DNA of 64,000 nt, taken from NCBI GenBank assembly GCA_024231215.1, contig JAAEQR010000072.1, forward strand, positions 193,210-257,209, given 5' to 3'. The translations under genes were made by a program, and so were the position numbers. The notes beneath the pieces are model-generated. The model searched no databases and was not told the origin of the DNA. It saw only the letters and a program-made list of their open reading frames with translations. Numbering within the stretch: position 1 is the stretch's first letter; every line of letters begins with the position of its first letter. Source of the stretch: PVC group bacterium (lineage in GTDB: Bacteria > Omnitrophota > Gorgyraeia > B26-G9). Below are positions 40,005-52,000 of the stretch, in pieces.

Positions 40005-43000
40005 ATGCAAGGACTAACTGGTAAGCTGTGGTTTAAAATCATAGCCTTCATCGTTTTACAAACTTTTATGTTTGTGCAGGCAGATATATCCTGGGCGGCA
40101 AATTATCGTCAGCAAAAAGGCCAGGGCGAGAGGGTTGTTGATGAACGCGATAAAGTATCTAAAGACGCGTTAAATACCCAGGTAGTTCTAAATCAGCCTG
40201 CAGTACCGTTTATTAGTTTTGATCCGGGGATTGCTCCGCCTCGTTCGGAAAAACTATCTTTAATCGAGACAACCATAGAAGGTTTGTCGATGGCCGGTAC
40301 GAATTTAAAAACTATATTTGGTACTTTAAAGAATTCCGGTTGTTCGGTATCAGAAACTGGTTTTGCGGCGATGCGGCAGGGATATCCAAAACACGAAATC
40401 TATAAAGCTTTGATCAGCGCCGGGTATGATAAAGAAGAAGTAAAGACAATGCTTGGTAGTATATTACAGCGTGAAGAAGAAAAGAAATCAGAAGATGAAT
40501 CAGCTAACCAGAAGACAGGACCGCCGCTAGACAAAGAGAAAAAGGATGCTGATAAAGAAGCTTCCTTTTTAGACGCAGAACAACCAATCCCCGAATCTTC
40601 CGAAGTGACCGCCCTTTCTGTGGGCAAAGATCCCGTTAAAATAATCGAAAAAGCAACAGCTGATAATGCGGTAATGAACCAGACAGTTGCGTTTGTACGT
40701 TTAATGATCAATGAAGGTAAACGTGGTAAAGAGCTTATAAAGACTTTAAAGAAAGCCGGACTTACTAATGAAAGAATTGTCATGGCTTTGGCTCAGTTAG
40801 GTTTTAGCTTGGATGATATTGTCGCTATATTTAAAGAAGCGGATATCAGCGCTACAGAAATTATTCAGGCCATACACAATGGCTTTTTGGCGTTTAGCGA
40901 TAAAGATATTTATAATGCCCTGCTTAAAAACGGATTTAGTGATAAAGATATTATTGCCGCATTTAAAACAGCCGGAGTATCTTCAGAAGATGTTTTAAAG
41001 ATAGCTACACAATTAAGCCGGAATATGGTGAGTGTGGCCAAGGCAATGGTGGAGGTAGGTTTTAGTTATGCTGATATTGCCAAAGCATATCTTTTAAAGG
41101 CAATGAAATGGACTTTTGATAAGAGTGTGCATGTTGTGAACTGTGCGGTCAAGGCATTTGACGCATTTCTTACTAATATCGGCCGTAAATTTACAAGCAA
41201 AGAAGAACTTGCCTATGAACTCATTGTAGATGATATCCTGCGTACCGGAGAAGTAGAGATTACCGGTAAAGATGTAATGACTTCTATGCTGGCAATAAAG
41301 AATGTTGCCCAGAAATATGGAATAGATATGCAGGGGTATAATTTGACCCTGGAAAGCCTGATGGAATTAAATGACGCAGCGATTGTGCATTTAGACGGTG
41401 ATCACTGGGTAAGTTTGCAAAATATAGATGGTGATCAGGTTTCAATTATTGATAACGGAGAAGAGAAGACAATTTCTCTTACTGAACTAAAAATTCGTTG
41501 GGATGGCAATACATTAGCGATCAATCAGGAGAGAACACAATACCAAGAGCTTTTAGATTTACAGATGCGTCAGATACGTGGTGGTAGAGGTTGGAATCCT
41601 TTTAAAGCGATAAAGAAAATATTTAAAGCAGTTAAAAATTTTATTGTAAAGACTGTTAAAGCTATAGTTAATATAACTAAAGCTGTATTTTATACAATTA
41701 CGGGAAATACACAAAAAGCAGATTATTATTATAACAGGGGTTTTCAACAGTTAAGCCAAGCGCTTAACTCGCTTATCAATGCAGTAGTTCCTGGTAAGTT
41801 CCTACAGAAAATTTTTAAATCTATTGCCAATGGATTGGTTATGTTTGCCCGAGGAATGGTTAATCAGATAAGAGGCTTGTGTATGATGGCTCGGGGTGAT
41901 TTTAAACAGGGATTTAAAACATATCTTATGGGAGTTGTGCAGACTGCGGTTGCTCCGCTAGTTAGTCTCTATGGGATGTTAGGAGAAAAAGTAGGTAGGG
42001 TCGTAGCCAAGGTTATTCAGTGGGTAGTACGTATTGTTGCAGCTGTATTAAGTTTTGTTTGTACTAAAATTTTTGGCTGGACAGGAATAGGAATGGCTAT
42101 AGGAATGGCTATTGCTTTTGTAGCTACCGTAATTACCTGTATGGTGGATTATGATTTTGTTCAGATGGTTCAACGTGGTGATGCGAATGAAATTGCGAGT
42201 GTTATGGGCAAAATATTTAAGGCGGCAGCTATATCCGCAGTAATTGCTGCTGTTGCTTTTTGTATAGGAGGAGCTATCCAGGGATTAGGAGGCACCGCAT
42301 CAACAACAGGCTCAACAATAGCAACAACAGTAGGTAGTATTGTGAGTACTGTAGCCAAGGCAGCAATTACTGTAGCTAAGACTGCAATGACTGTAGCCAA
42401 GTTTGTATTAGCTCCTGTAATAACGGTAGTCAATGTTTTAGCTAGAGCTGCAATGACTGTAGTTACTGCTATAACTAAAATTGTAATGACTGTAGTTAAG
42501 GTTATAGTTGATGGTATGAATCATGTAGTGAGAATGGTGACAAACTTTTTAAAACCTATGATTGAGAATCTTAAGAATTCTATAGTGAATATGGTGAAAG
42601 CTATAAAACCAGATGCAGTTATTCAGGAGATAGGAAGCGAGGTAATTGAAGAAGCTATAACAAAGGTAGTAAAGGAACAAATTGCAATGTATGTTGCTAC
42701 TAAAGGATTGGACTCTGCTGGGATTGATGATCCTTATGTGAGGGCTGGTATTGTAGGTGCTATTGGTGCATGGGCTGGGGGAGACGGCTTTAAAATTGAT
42801 GCAAAAGATGTGGTTGAAGGAGTTTTTATCGGGACAACTCAGGAGACAATAAGGCAGCAGGGATATAAACGTAATTGGGATCCTTTACTTATAGAAAGTC
42901 TCGCTACTGTAGGAGGGACAGTAGTTGGTGCGTCTATAGGTGCTATTCAAACTTCTAGGACAGTTTATACTGGTACCTGGGCGAGTAGAACAATGGATAA

Positions 43001-46000
43001 TTTAAAAGCTTCTTTTGGCCAGATGGTTGGTAATATAGCGACAAACGCTGTACAACGTATTTGCCTGGAAAATGGTATGGATCCTATTGCCACCAGCGCA
43101 ATATCTTCACTTGCAGGTGGTCTTGTCACTGGGCTGGGAAATTATGCTGTTGGAAACAGTCCAGGTGGTTTTCGTAGAAATATGGGGTTTGCATTGGTCC
43201 AAGGAATTAATGATGGGTTTACGTCAGCTGGTTCTATGTTGTATAAAAAGATTTTAGTCGAAGACTTAGCCTTTACTGATAGTCAGGCGTCTTCGATGGT
43301 AAATGGTACTTTTGGTCAATTGAAATATCAAATGGAGCTGCACAATGAATTCGGTTATGGAAAATGGGAAGGGACCGATGACCTGACTTTTAGTCAAAAG
43401 CTTCAACTCGCGGGAACAAAACTTGGTGAGGGTGGAGTGTTTAGTGATTCTTTAAAGGTATTAAATAGAAATGATGGTCTTAAAAATGATCTTATTTCTG
43501 CTATGGGTTTGAACTCAGGTTCGTATTCCGGAACTGCGTATGATAAAGCGAGCTATATAGATGGTTTTAATAGCAAAATAGACTCCATGGATTACATGAT
43601 GAATGGCTTGGATTCCAATATAGAGCTTAAAGCAGATGGTAAATATTATAATTCTGATGGTAGTATTAATACTTATATGTCCCGCAATAAAGCGAAAAAC
43701 GAATATTGGAATCATTGGAAAGAAGCAAAACCAGAAATATTTGGACAATCAGCAGGTGATAGCAATGGAGGGCAATCAACAAATTTAAGTTTTGGCGATG
43801 CTTATTTTGAGACTATTTCTACTCGGCAGCTAAGTTGGCAGAATACCAATGCGAGAAGTTCCCTTAGTTTTATTACTGCTCCTATACGTAATAGCTTAAA
43901 CGTTTCCATATATAATGCTACACGCACTGCATATGAACCTCGCGCTATTATGCAGGGCGCTGAAATTATAAAGATCGCGGACAATTCAGCACAACAGAAA
44001 TATTTAGCAAATTCTATTAGCCCACAGTTTAATTCAATAATAGATGTCAATAATGTAACTTCTGTAGCTTTTAATAGCTGGAATCATTTTCAAACTAATA
44101 CTGCTGCCTATTTTACGACAATTTCCAGCAGTGTTAATAATAAGGGAAGGGAAGTATATGTTTTTAATACAGGCAGAAGAGTTGGTTCTAATTTGGTTTG
44201 CGCGGAAACTCCAAATAAGCAGGCTATGGAAAGTTTTTTCAAAACGGAAGAAATCAATAATTTAACGATCAGTCCTTTTACTAGTAAAACACTGGGTAAT
44301 TTTGAGGCTCAAAACAAGGAAGAATTCATTATTACCGGAGCTATTCAGCAGTTGACGAAAACCGGGATAATTGTAGATTATCAGCTGGTAAGTATGACCG
44401 AGGGTGCAGATATTCTTCTTGCAACAACAATTAATAATGTTGACTTGTTTACTACTGTTGCCAGCGGGGTGCAATTCAGTTCTCAGTCATTAGTATTGAA
44501 GGATAAGAATAACAGTACTTATAAGACTGCGATTGATAAAGTATCCGTAGATTTAGGCATTAATGAAAGTGTTGATAAAATTGCTAATCAGGTAAAGTTA
44601 ACTTCTGCAGTTGAATTATGTATTAATGCTAATGGAAACTTGAGTATAACGGGAGAATCTCTGGACGAACTTAATACAGAGTTAGGAGCCTTGGAAAATC
44701 TGGCAAAGAAATCTAAGGCTATTGATTTGCCGGGCGGTTGTGTTCTTGCAAATACGTCTCTTGAGTATATTGAAACTTCAGAAGGATTAGAGCTTATCGC
44801 AAAAGAGACATTACAGAAAGATCGTAATATTGAATATGAGGGACTAGGTTATACAATTGATACAAGTAAAGGTACGGTTCAGTATGTTTATAATAATAAG
44901 GGAAAAATTACGAGTTTATTGAATTTCGATAAGGGGTATAAAGGAGTAACGCTTAAAGGTTCAGATGGCAAATCAATAATGATTTTTAACGGAAATAATG
45001 TGACTTTAAGTAATGATAAAAAGTCATTTTTTAACTCAATGTTAGTGAAATTGAATTATCGCAAAGGAAATGAATTGAGTATTCGTAGTGCGGAAGTATT
45101 AGCTATAGATGATTATAATCTCGGGAAAGTAAATAGCTTTGAAGTTATGCGACAAGGAAAATCTTTAGCATCATCATCAATAACTGATTCTGCTAAAGAT
45201 TTGTCTACCGAGGGGAAATTAAATTATATTCGTTTAGGTTCTGATTCGGATAGTAATACGATTATTAAAGCAGGAAGTGTTTTTACTATTATTGAAAATG
45301 AGGTCAAATTCAAGAACAATGATGTTTTAATTAATGAAGGAACCAATTCGATTAGTATTACTGGACAAGACAGGTCTTTAATGACTTTGAATGGAAAAGA
45401 ATCAGCAATAATATTGAAGGGTAGTGCGCGTAAATTTGATCTGACTAAAGAAAGTGTCCAAGAGCAGATGAGACAGAAACAAGGCATTCCTACGGATGAT
45501 ACATTAGTAGAGAAGGATACCTTTGTCTTGGGAGACGGCAGCACTGTTGTAATCTATGCAGACCAGGATTCTAATTCTAAGGTATTACAGGTGTTTTCTG
45601 GAAACTTGGGGACAAATGATAAAGGACATAGAACTATCGATGTTTCATTTGTTAATGAAAATGGAATACTGGAAACAATGTCTATGAACAACGATATGCT
45701 AAGGCAGAAGGTCAATTCCAATAGATTTATTAATGGAGTACAAGGGGTATATCAAATTACTTCTGGAGATCAATTAGCATTGGTATTTGAGTTTGGGACA
45801 GGTTCTAATATGCAGCGGAAAGTTTTAGATTTTAGTCTCGGGGAAGATACCAATGGCAGTAGTGTATATACATTGAATGACTGTAGTTTAAATACAGATA
45901 CAAACACTATTAATATGGGCGGGGTGTCTTTTGATAAAACAGAGACATCTTTGCAAACAGCTGTCTTTTATCGTTCGGAAGATACTTCAGCTGTTCAGGG

Positions 46001-49000
46001 GAAAACTGAGGAGATGAATAATGATAGGCTTGATACATTAAATACAGGTATTACTATTGGAGGACATGAAGCTCATTATCAGATAACGACTGATAATAGA
46101 AATAAAGTTGTTTTATCTTATGATGATAAGGTAGTGATGTTTTCTAAAACTACACAGGGGACTGTGGTACAGGCGCCGAAGAATGCAGATGGACTAAGGG
46201 AAATCGGTGACATGGTTAATACTGCGGAAACAGGAGAAAAGACAATAGATGTTATAACTTTTGATGATTCTCAGGTAACTGCGACTATAAATACGATTAC
46301 TCTAGAAGCAGAAGTTTCTCAGCCTAAGAGCATAAATGATATAGACTATTCCGGCAAGAAAATTATGGTTGATGGAGTGAATGGGAGATTTAATAAGGAT
46401 TTGCCAATTAATCAGAATAAAGATGAACTTGTTCCGCGGTCATTTGAACTTGCTGACGGAACAATGCGGGAATGTGTGGTTTTGGCTGAGGCTGATGTTA
46501 ATGCCGGAGAATTTTTGGGAAAATTAGGTGGAGCTAAAATAATCGGGCTTTATGCTACAAAAGATAACCAGGTTTTTATGCATGTACAGGGCAGACAGAA
46601 TATTGTTATGCCGGAAGATAGCTCTGGGCCATCTGATCAGAGTCCTGCGTATACTATTAGTAAGTTTGATATTAAGAGGAAGACAAGTAATGGTTTTAGA
46701 GTTGAAGGTCTTGTTGAGTACCAGCTTTCAGCAGTGGACAATAAAGGTGATTTTGAATTTAATCCCATGGCTTTTAATCCTGGCGCACAATTTTCTGTTT
46801 CCGAAAAGTTTAATAAGAGAGAAGTTATAATCAAAAATAAAGTGCTATTGCGTGGAGATGAGTGTGTTGTTACAAGTCAAGGTGTGGAGGTCGAGAACAG
46901 GATTGATGTTGATTTTATCACGCAGTCACTAGCAGTAAATGATAAAGCATCTACGATTTTTAATCAAATGGTTAGAGTTGATGTGTCTTTACATAAGAGT
47001 GAAGAAGCAGATGCTAATCCAGCGTTAATGATTGATAATGTATTAAGTGTAGATGGTAAAAAAATAGATTTGGACGAGCTATCAGGGATAATTGTTTCTG
47101 AAGGGGAACTTAAGGCAGAGTTTCAGGGAGTGAAACTGGAGAACGGAATAATATCTTTGTCAGCTAAAGGGACAGGTATTATTAATACAATTGGTCAAAA
47201 CCCAGGAGATGAAGAAGATATAGGGTACAATCTGCCAGGTATCACAGTTGCTAATTCAAACTATAAATTAACTCAGAATCTGGGGGAAGGATTTGCAGTT
47301 TGGGAAGGCTTGATGGATTTTGCTGTAATGCCGACAGGTAATGTAAAAGCTTTGTATGAGCAGCAGGGAGTAAAAGGCATTATTGCGGATACATTTGAAG
47401 GCGAGGTTACTATTGCCGGACATAAAGTTAAGAAGTCAGAACAGTTTGAAGTAAATTATGCGGGTGTTACAGTTATTCCTATTGTGCAGCCGAAAACTGT
47501 ACGAAATTTAATGTCTGGAATAGGAGAAAATATATCAGCTGATATTATAAATAGTCTTCGTCAAAATTCAGGCGGTCTTTTTGGAGAGGATCAGTCAATA
47601 ACTGGAGTTATGCATAAAATAAACGAAGACCTTACCGTAGTTAAACTTGATGATAGCAACTCTGTTTTTGATGGGGTAGATTCCTTATTGCAAAATGTAA
47701 ATGTATCAGAAAATGCATTTGATATTGTACAGGTTAATAATGTTCAGCCGTTGGTTCTTATAAGAGGCGACAATGTATCTGTTACTTATTGTGAGATTGA
47801 TAGTAAAGGATTGCCGGTTATAATTGGTAGTTCTGGTATTGATAGCCAACAGGGTATTATTTCGGTAGGCATCGAAAAAGCAGAGCGTAGTTTTAGTGCT
47901 TTTGCCAATGATAACCAGTCCTATGTATATAATAAAACTTCTACAAATGATTTTAGTTTAGAATTAATGCCGCAGCAAGGGAATAAGAATAGTTACTATG
48001 GTACATTGACTAGTAAAAAAGGAGTTGTTACAGGAACTGGTGTTTTTAATAAGAAAAATGCAAGTGATAACCCTATGGTGGCATCGGCGGCTATTTCGAA
48101 ATTTACCGCGGATAATTTAGCTGTAACACAAATAACCCCGCTTGTGCAGGAAGGGAAAGCTCAAGGTTTTAGAATAGATAGTATTTCCGAAACAGCTGTT
48201 GCTTCCTTATCTTTTGTTCCTACAGATAGAGGGGATGCTCTTTTTGCACGGCATTCAAATAAGGAAACAGGAAATCAATATGAGAAGATTTTCTATCTTA
48301 GTGGTTCTAAAATATATCCTAATAGTAAGGCTGGAAATTGCGCGTATTCTTATATCAAGACATTTGATGAGAACAATGATTTAAATATTAGGATAGAAAC
48401 CACAGATGCTTATCGTGGAAGTAAGGAATTTCAGAATAAAGTTTTACTAGTAGACGGAACCTATAATAAAGAGTCAAAGGATTGGAAATACAGTTTAAAT
48501 AGAGAAGGAATTAAAGAAGAAAATTTATTCATAAATAAACATGAGTTTAAGGCATTAACTGATACAATACTTGGTGAGTTTGGAGCTGTCTTAGGTAAAG
48601 ATCTTGGTTTAGATAAGATTAAGGTTGCAGATATTAAGCTAGAGGGGAGTGGAAGTTCTAAAACAGAAAAATATTTTGGGCTTACTGCTGAAGTCTCAGA
48701 AACCGGGTTTAGATTGTATGATCCAAGGGGTGGATATAGTCTCTCTTTGAATGAGAAGAATATCGAAGTGGGGGTGCGGGGAGAATCAATCACATTGTTG
48801 ACCAGAAGCTCAGACAGAGATGAGAGTCATATTAATGAAATCGCTGTTTTAAGAGAATCGTCTTATCATGTAAGTACGGTTAAAGATAAATCAGCCGGAC
48901 TTATCGTTGATGATAAACTTGTCTTGCAAAGAAATGAAAGTGGCTGGCAGTTAGGAGCAGAACATACAGGGAAGTACGAAAAAATATCTAAAGAAGGATC

Positions 49001-52000
49001 AAATATAAGTTTTGACGCGGCTGATCAAATATTTAAAGTTTTACAAAGCGATACTGATATTAATAATTTAGAAGTTGATTTGTCTAATCTTACGACTTCG
49101 CGTATTGCAATGGGGGTTTTTGGCAATTATCAGAAAGTAGTGAGTAGTTGGAATGCAATTTATGGTTCTGAATTCCAGAAACAAATATATGGGGAAGTAA
49201 TAGATAATATAGATTTTGTTTCTAAGTTTGTGGGTGAATATAGTTCCTGGGGCAATGCTAGAAAGGAATTCTTTAAAACTACAGAAGAAGGGAAACAAAT
49301 AGCGGAAGAATTTAAAGAGTTATTTACCAAAGCAATTTCCCAGGTAAACATCAGCGATTGTCCAGAGATCAAAAAGCTTATTGGTTCCCCGGATAAAGAT
49401 TCTAAGGATAAAGAATTTAAAGCAGACTTAGGTTTATTTGGGAAATATCTTAAAGAAGCAATTTCTTCCTATAATACTGCTCAGAGTAATGAGTCTAATC
49501 CTTTGGTTTTTTCTCAGAATATGGCTTTAGCGGAAAAGAATAATAAAATTGCAGGATATGCTTCATTGGGAGCAAATACCGGATTTAGAGATCTTGTATA
49601 TTCATCGCAACATAAAGTGGTTAGTAAGCAGTTGAAGCTTTCTATTGCGCAGTTTAAAGAAATAAACATTATTCCGGAAAAAGAAAATTTATCGGAAGAA
49701 GCTAAAGCTAATTATGCAAAATTTGAGGCGTTTCTAGCTAGTTTTGAATCGGAAGAAGCTAAAGCTGATTATGCAAAACTTGAGGCGTTTCTAACTAGTT
49801 TTGAAAATGCAGGGACATATGATGCTACACGTAAACCTGATGATTCTAACCCTATAGTCAATGATCCTCAAGTAGAGCAGTTAGCGATAAAATTAAATAG
49901 TGATATGGAAGCTCTCGTTGTTACTTTAGAAAATAAACCTGTGAACGGTGAAGAAAAAGATGTAAGTCTTACTGATGTAGCTAAAATATCAGCCAGGATT
50001 CAGGGTACGACAGAAGCCAAACACAGCATTGCAGTGATAAATCAGAGGGAGGCAATAATTTACTTAGCGGAAATGTCTGAAGTTGCCAGTAAGATTGACA
50101 AAGCTTTTGATCAGGAAGTGGAATACTGGCAAAATCAAGTAGATACTGCTGAGGAGTATGATTATTATGATGAAGGTTATTCCGCTAAACAGAAACTCGC
50201 TGAGACAATCCGCAACCAGCATGATTTAAAAATCGAAGTTCTTGTGAAAGCTTATGAAAAACTGCAAAATCCGGATGTTCGTTTAGCCTCTGGTGAACAT
50301 GATATCTCACTTATGACTATAGATTTTTCCAGATCGAAAACTTTTGGTGACAGTCGGGAAGTTTATCTTGCGATCAATAGAGAAGTTTATCGAGAAGCAG
50401 GATTTTTACACTCTGCTAAAGGTCAAACAAAAGAGTTTATTAATGCATTGAATATAGATAAATCTGCTGTATCTTTAACCAATACCCAGATAAAAGCGAT
50501 TACAACAGAATCAGCAAAGACTAAGCCTTATATTTCTTTGTGTGAGTTAGCGACAAAACTAGATACATTTGAAGTTGGGATTGTGGGAGTTATTGGTGAA
50601 TCGCAGGGGTTTTTACAGCAGAACAAAGCAATTTTGGCTAAATATTATGATTATGCTACATCAAAGTTTTTTCCCTGGCAGGAAGAAGGGCAAAAAGAGG
50701 AGTTTAAACAACTCTATGAGGATCAGATTAAAGAACATGGGGCAATAGTTGATTTAAATCCGTTCACAGCTTTGTTGAATGAAATTAAGGTTAATAAGAA
50801 AGTAACAGAGAAAGTAGACGAAAGATATGATGATTTACAAGCATATGAGCATAATATCACAATGCAGAATAACCTGGAAAGTGTTTTTTCTGATTTTAAT
50901 AAAAAATTTGAAGGGCTGAAGACTGATTTTCTTAATGCAAGAGATTCTTTTGTCAGTGAGCCGGCATTTGATATTAATGGTATCAGTGATATTTCTAAAA
51001 AATTAGAAAAGACATCACTTGGTTTTCAGATCGATTCTTTTCAGGTAAAAATTGATAAAGTTCTTTTTTCTATGGGTATGATCACAAGTAAGCTTAATGA
51101 CCAAATAGAAAAGTCATTAAGTAAAAAAACAGTAAGCAAGATGCTCTTTACTACGCCGTCACGCAAAATGTCATTGCAAAGAGAGCATAATCAAAGAATG
51201 GGCAGCTTAAGACGTAATATTCTGAAACTTGATATTCGAACTGAAGTAAGTCAACAGTTCCAGGATCTTGAAGTTAAACTCAAAGATTTGTCTGTACAAT
51301 TAAATAATGCTATAGACAGTGATGATATTAAAGAGGTAACAAGACAATTATCTATAGCTGATGCTAAGGTTCTTTCTGCGTCAATAACCATGGTTTCTGA
51401 ACATATTACCCAGCCGATTGCCGGAAAGTTTCCGCTTCGTATGGATAGTTATAAATTCATGGATACTATGATAGAAGATGATAAGGGTTTGAAGAGGAAG
51501 GGGCTGGGGCAGACGTTAACCGAGGGGTTTCAAAATATTTCGATTAATTTAGTTAATTTACAAAAGGTACTTGATGTTTCCATTGAAATGATGGAACAAA
51601 ATAATACTTCATTTGATTCAGCTAGTTTTGGGAAAGCTTTGTTAAATGTTTCTACCCCATTAATAGATAAGAATATAAGGTTTGCCAATGCTCTTTATGA
51701 AAGCCTTGGCGTAATAGATCAGGTATTTGCTACACAAAAAAATGCGGAAAATTGGTGGACTCAGGTAACAAGTGTTGGACAAAGTAAGGGAATATTTGAA
51801 AGGAATGTTGGTGGTACAGTAAAAAAAGCCTTAGTTGATATTATACAAAAGGCTAGTAATCTAAAATCTTTCATGGATACAGCTATTGACGAGGCAGTAG
51901 AGATTTATGAGAATGAACTTATTGCCACGGTTGATTATAAGCCTTTAATTAAATCACTTCCTCAGTTTGGCCAGCGAGCAGTTTCTAAGATAGAAACGGC

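Noticed and set aside
40230-40526. IAPP (aa 76-79) and TGPP (aa 171-174) in the giant as additional arrest motifs
   Set aside because: They lack the critical Arg of RAPP/RGPP; they may be ordinary PP pauses.
44050-49000. RHS/YD, RTX or filamentous-haemagglutinin repeats in the beta-rich region
   Set aside because: No YD-repeat periodicity, RHS core signature or GGxGxD nonapeptides seen; left unassigned.
30636-49804. CRISPR array among the repeats
   Set aside because: No series of identical 25-40-bp repeats with unique spacers and no cas genes in the window.
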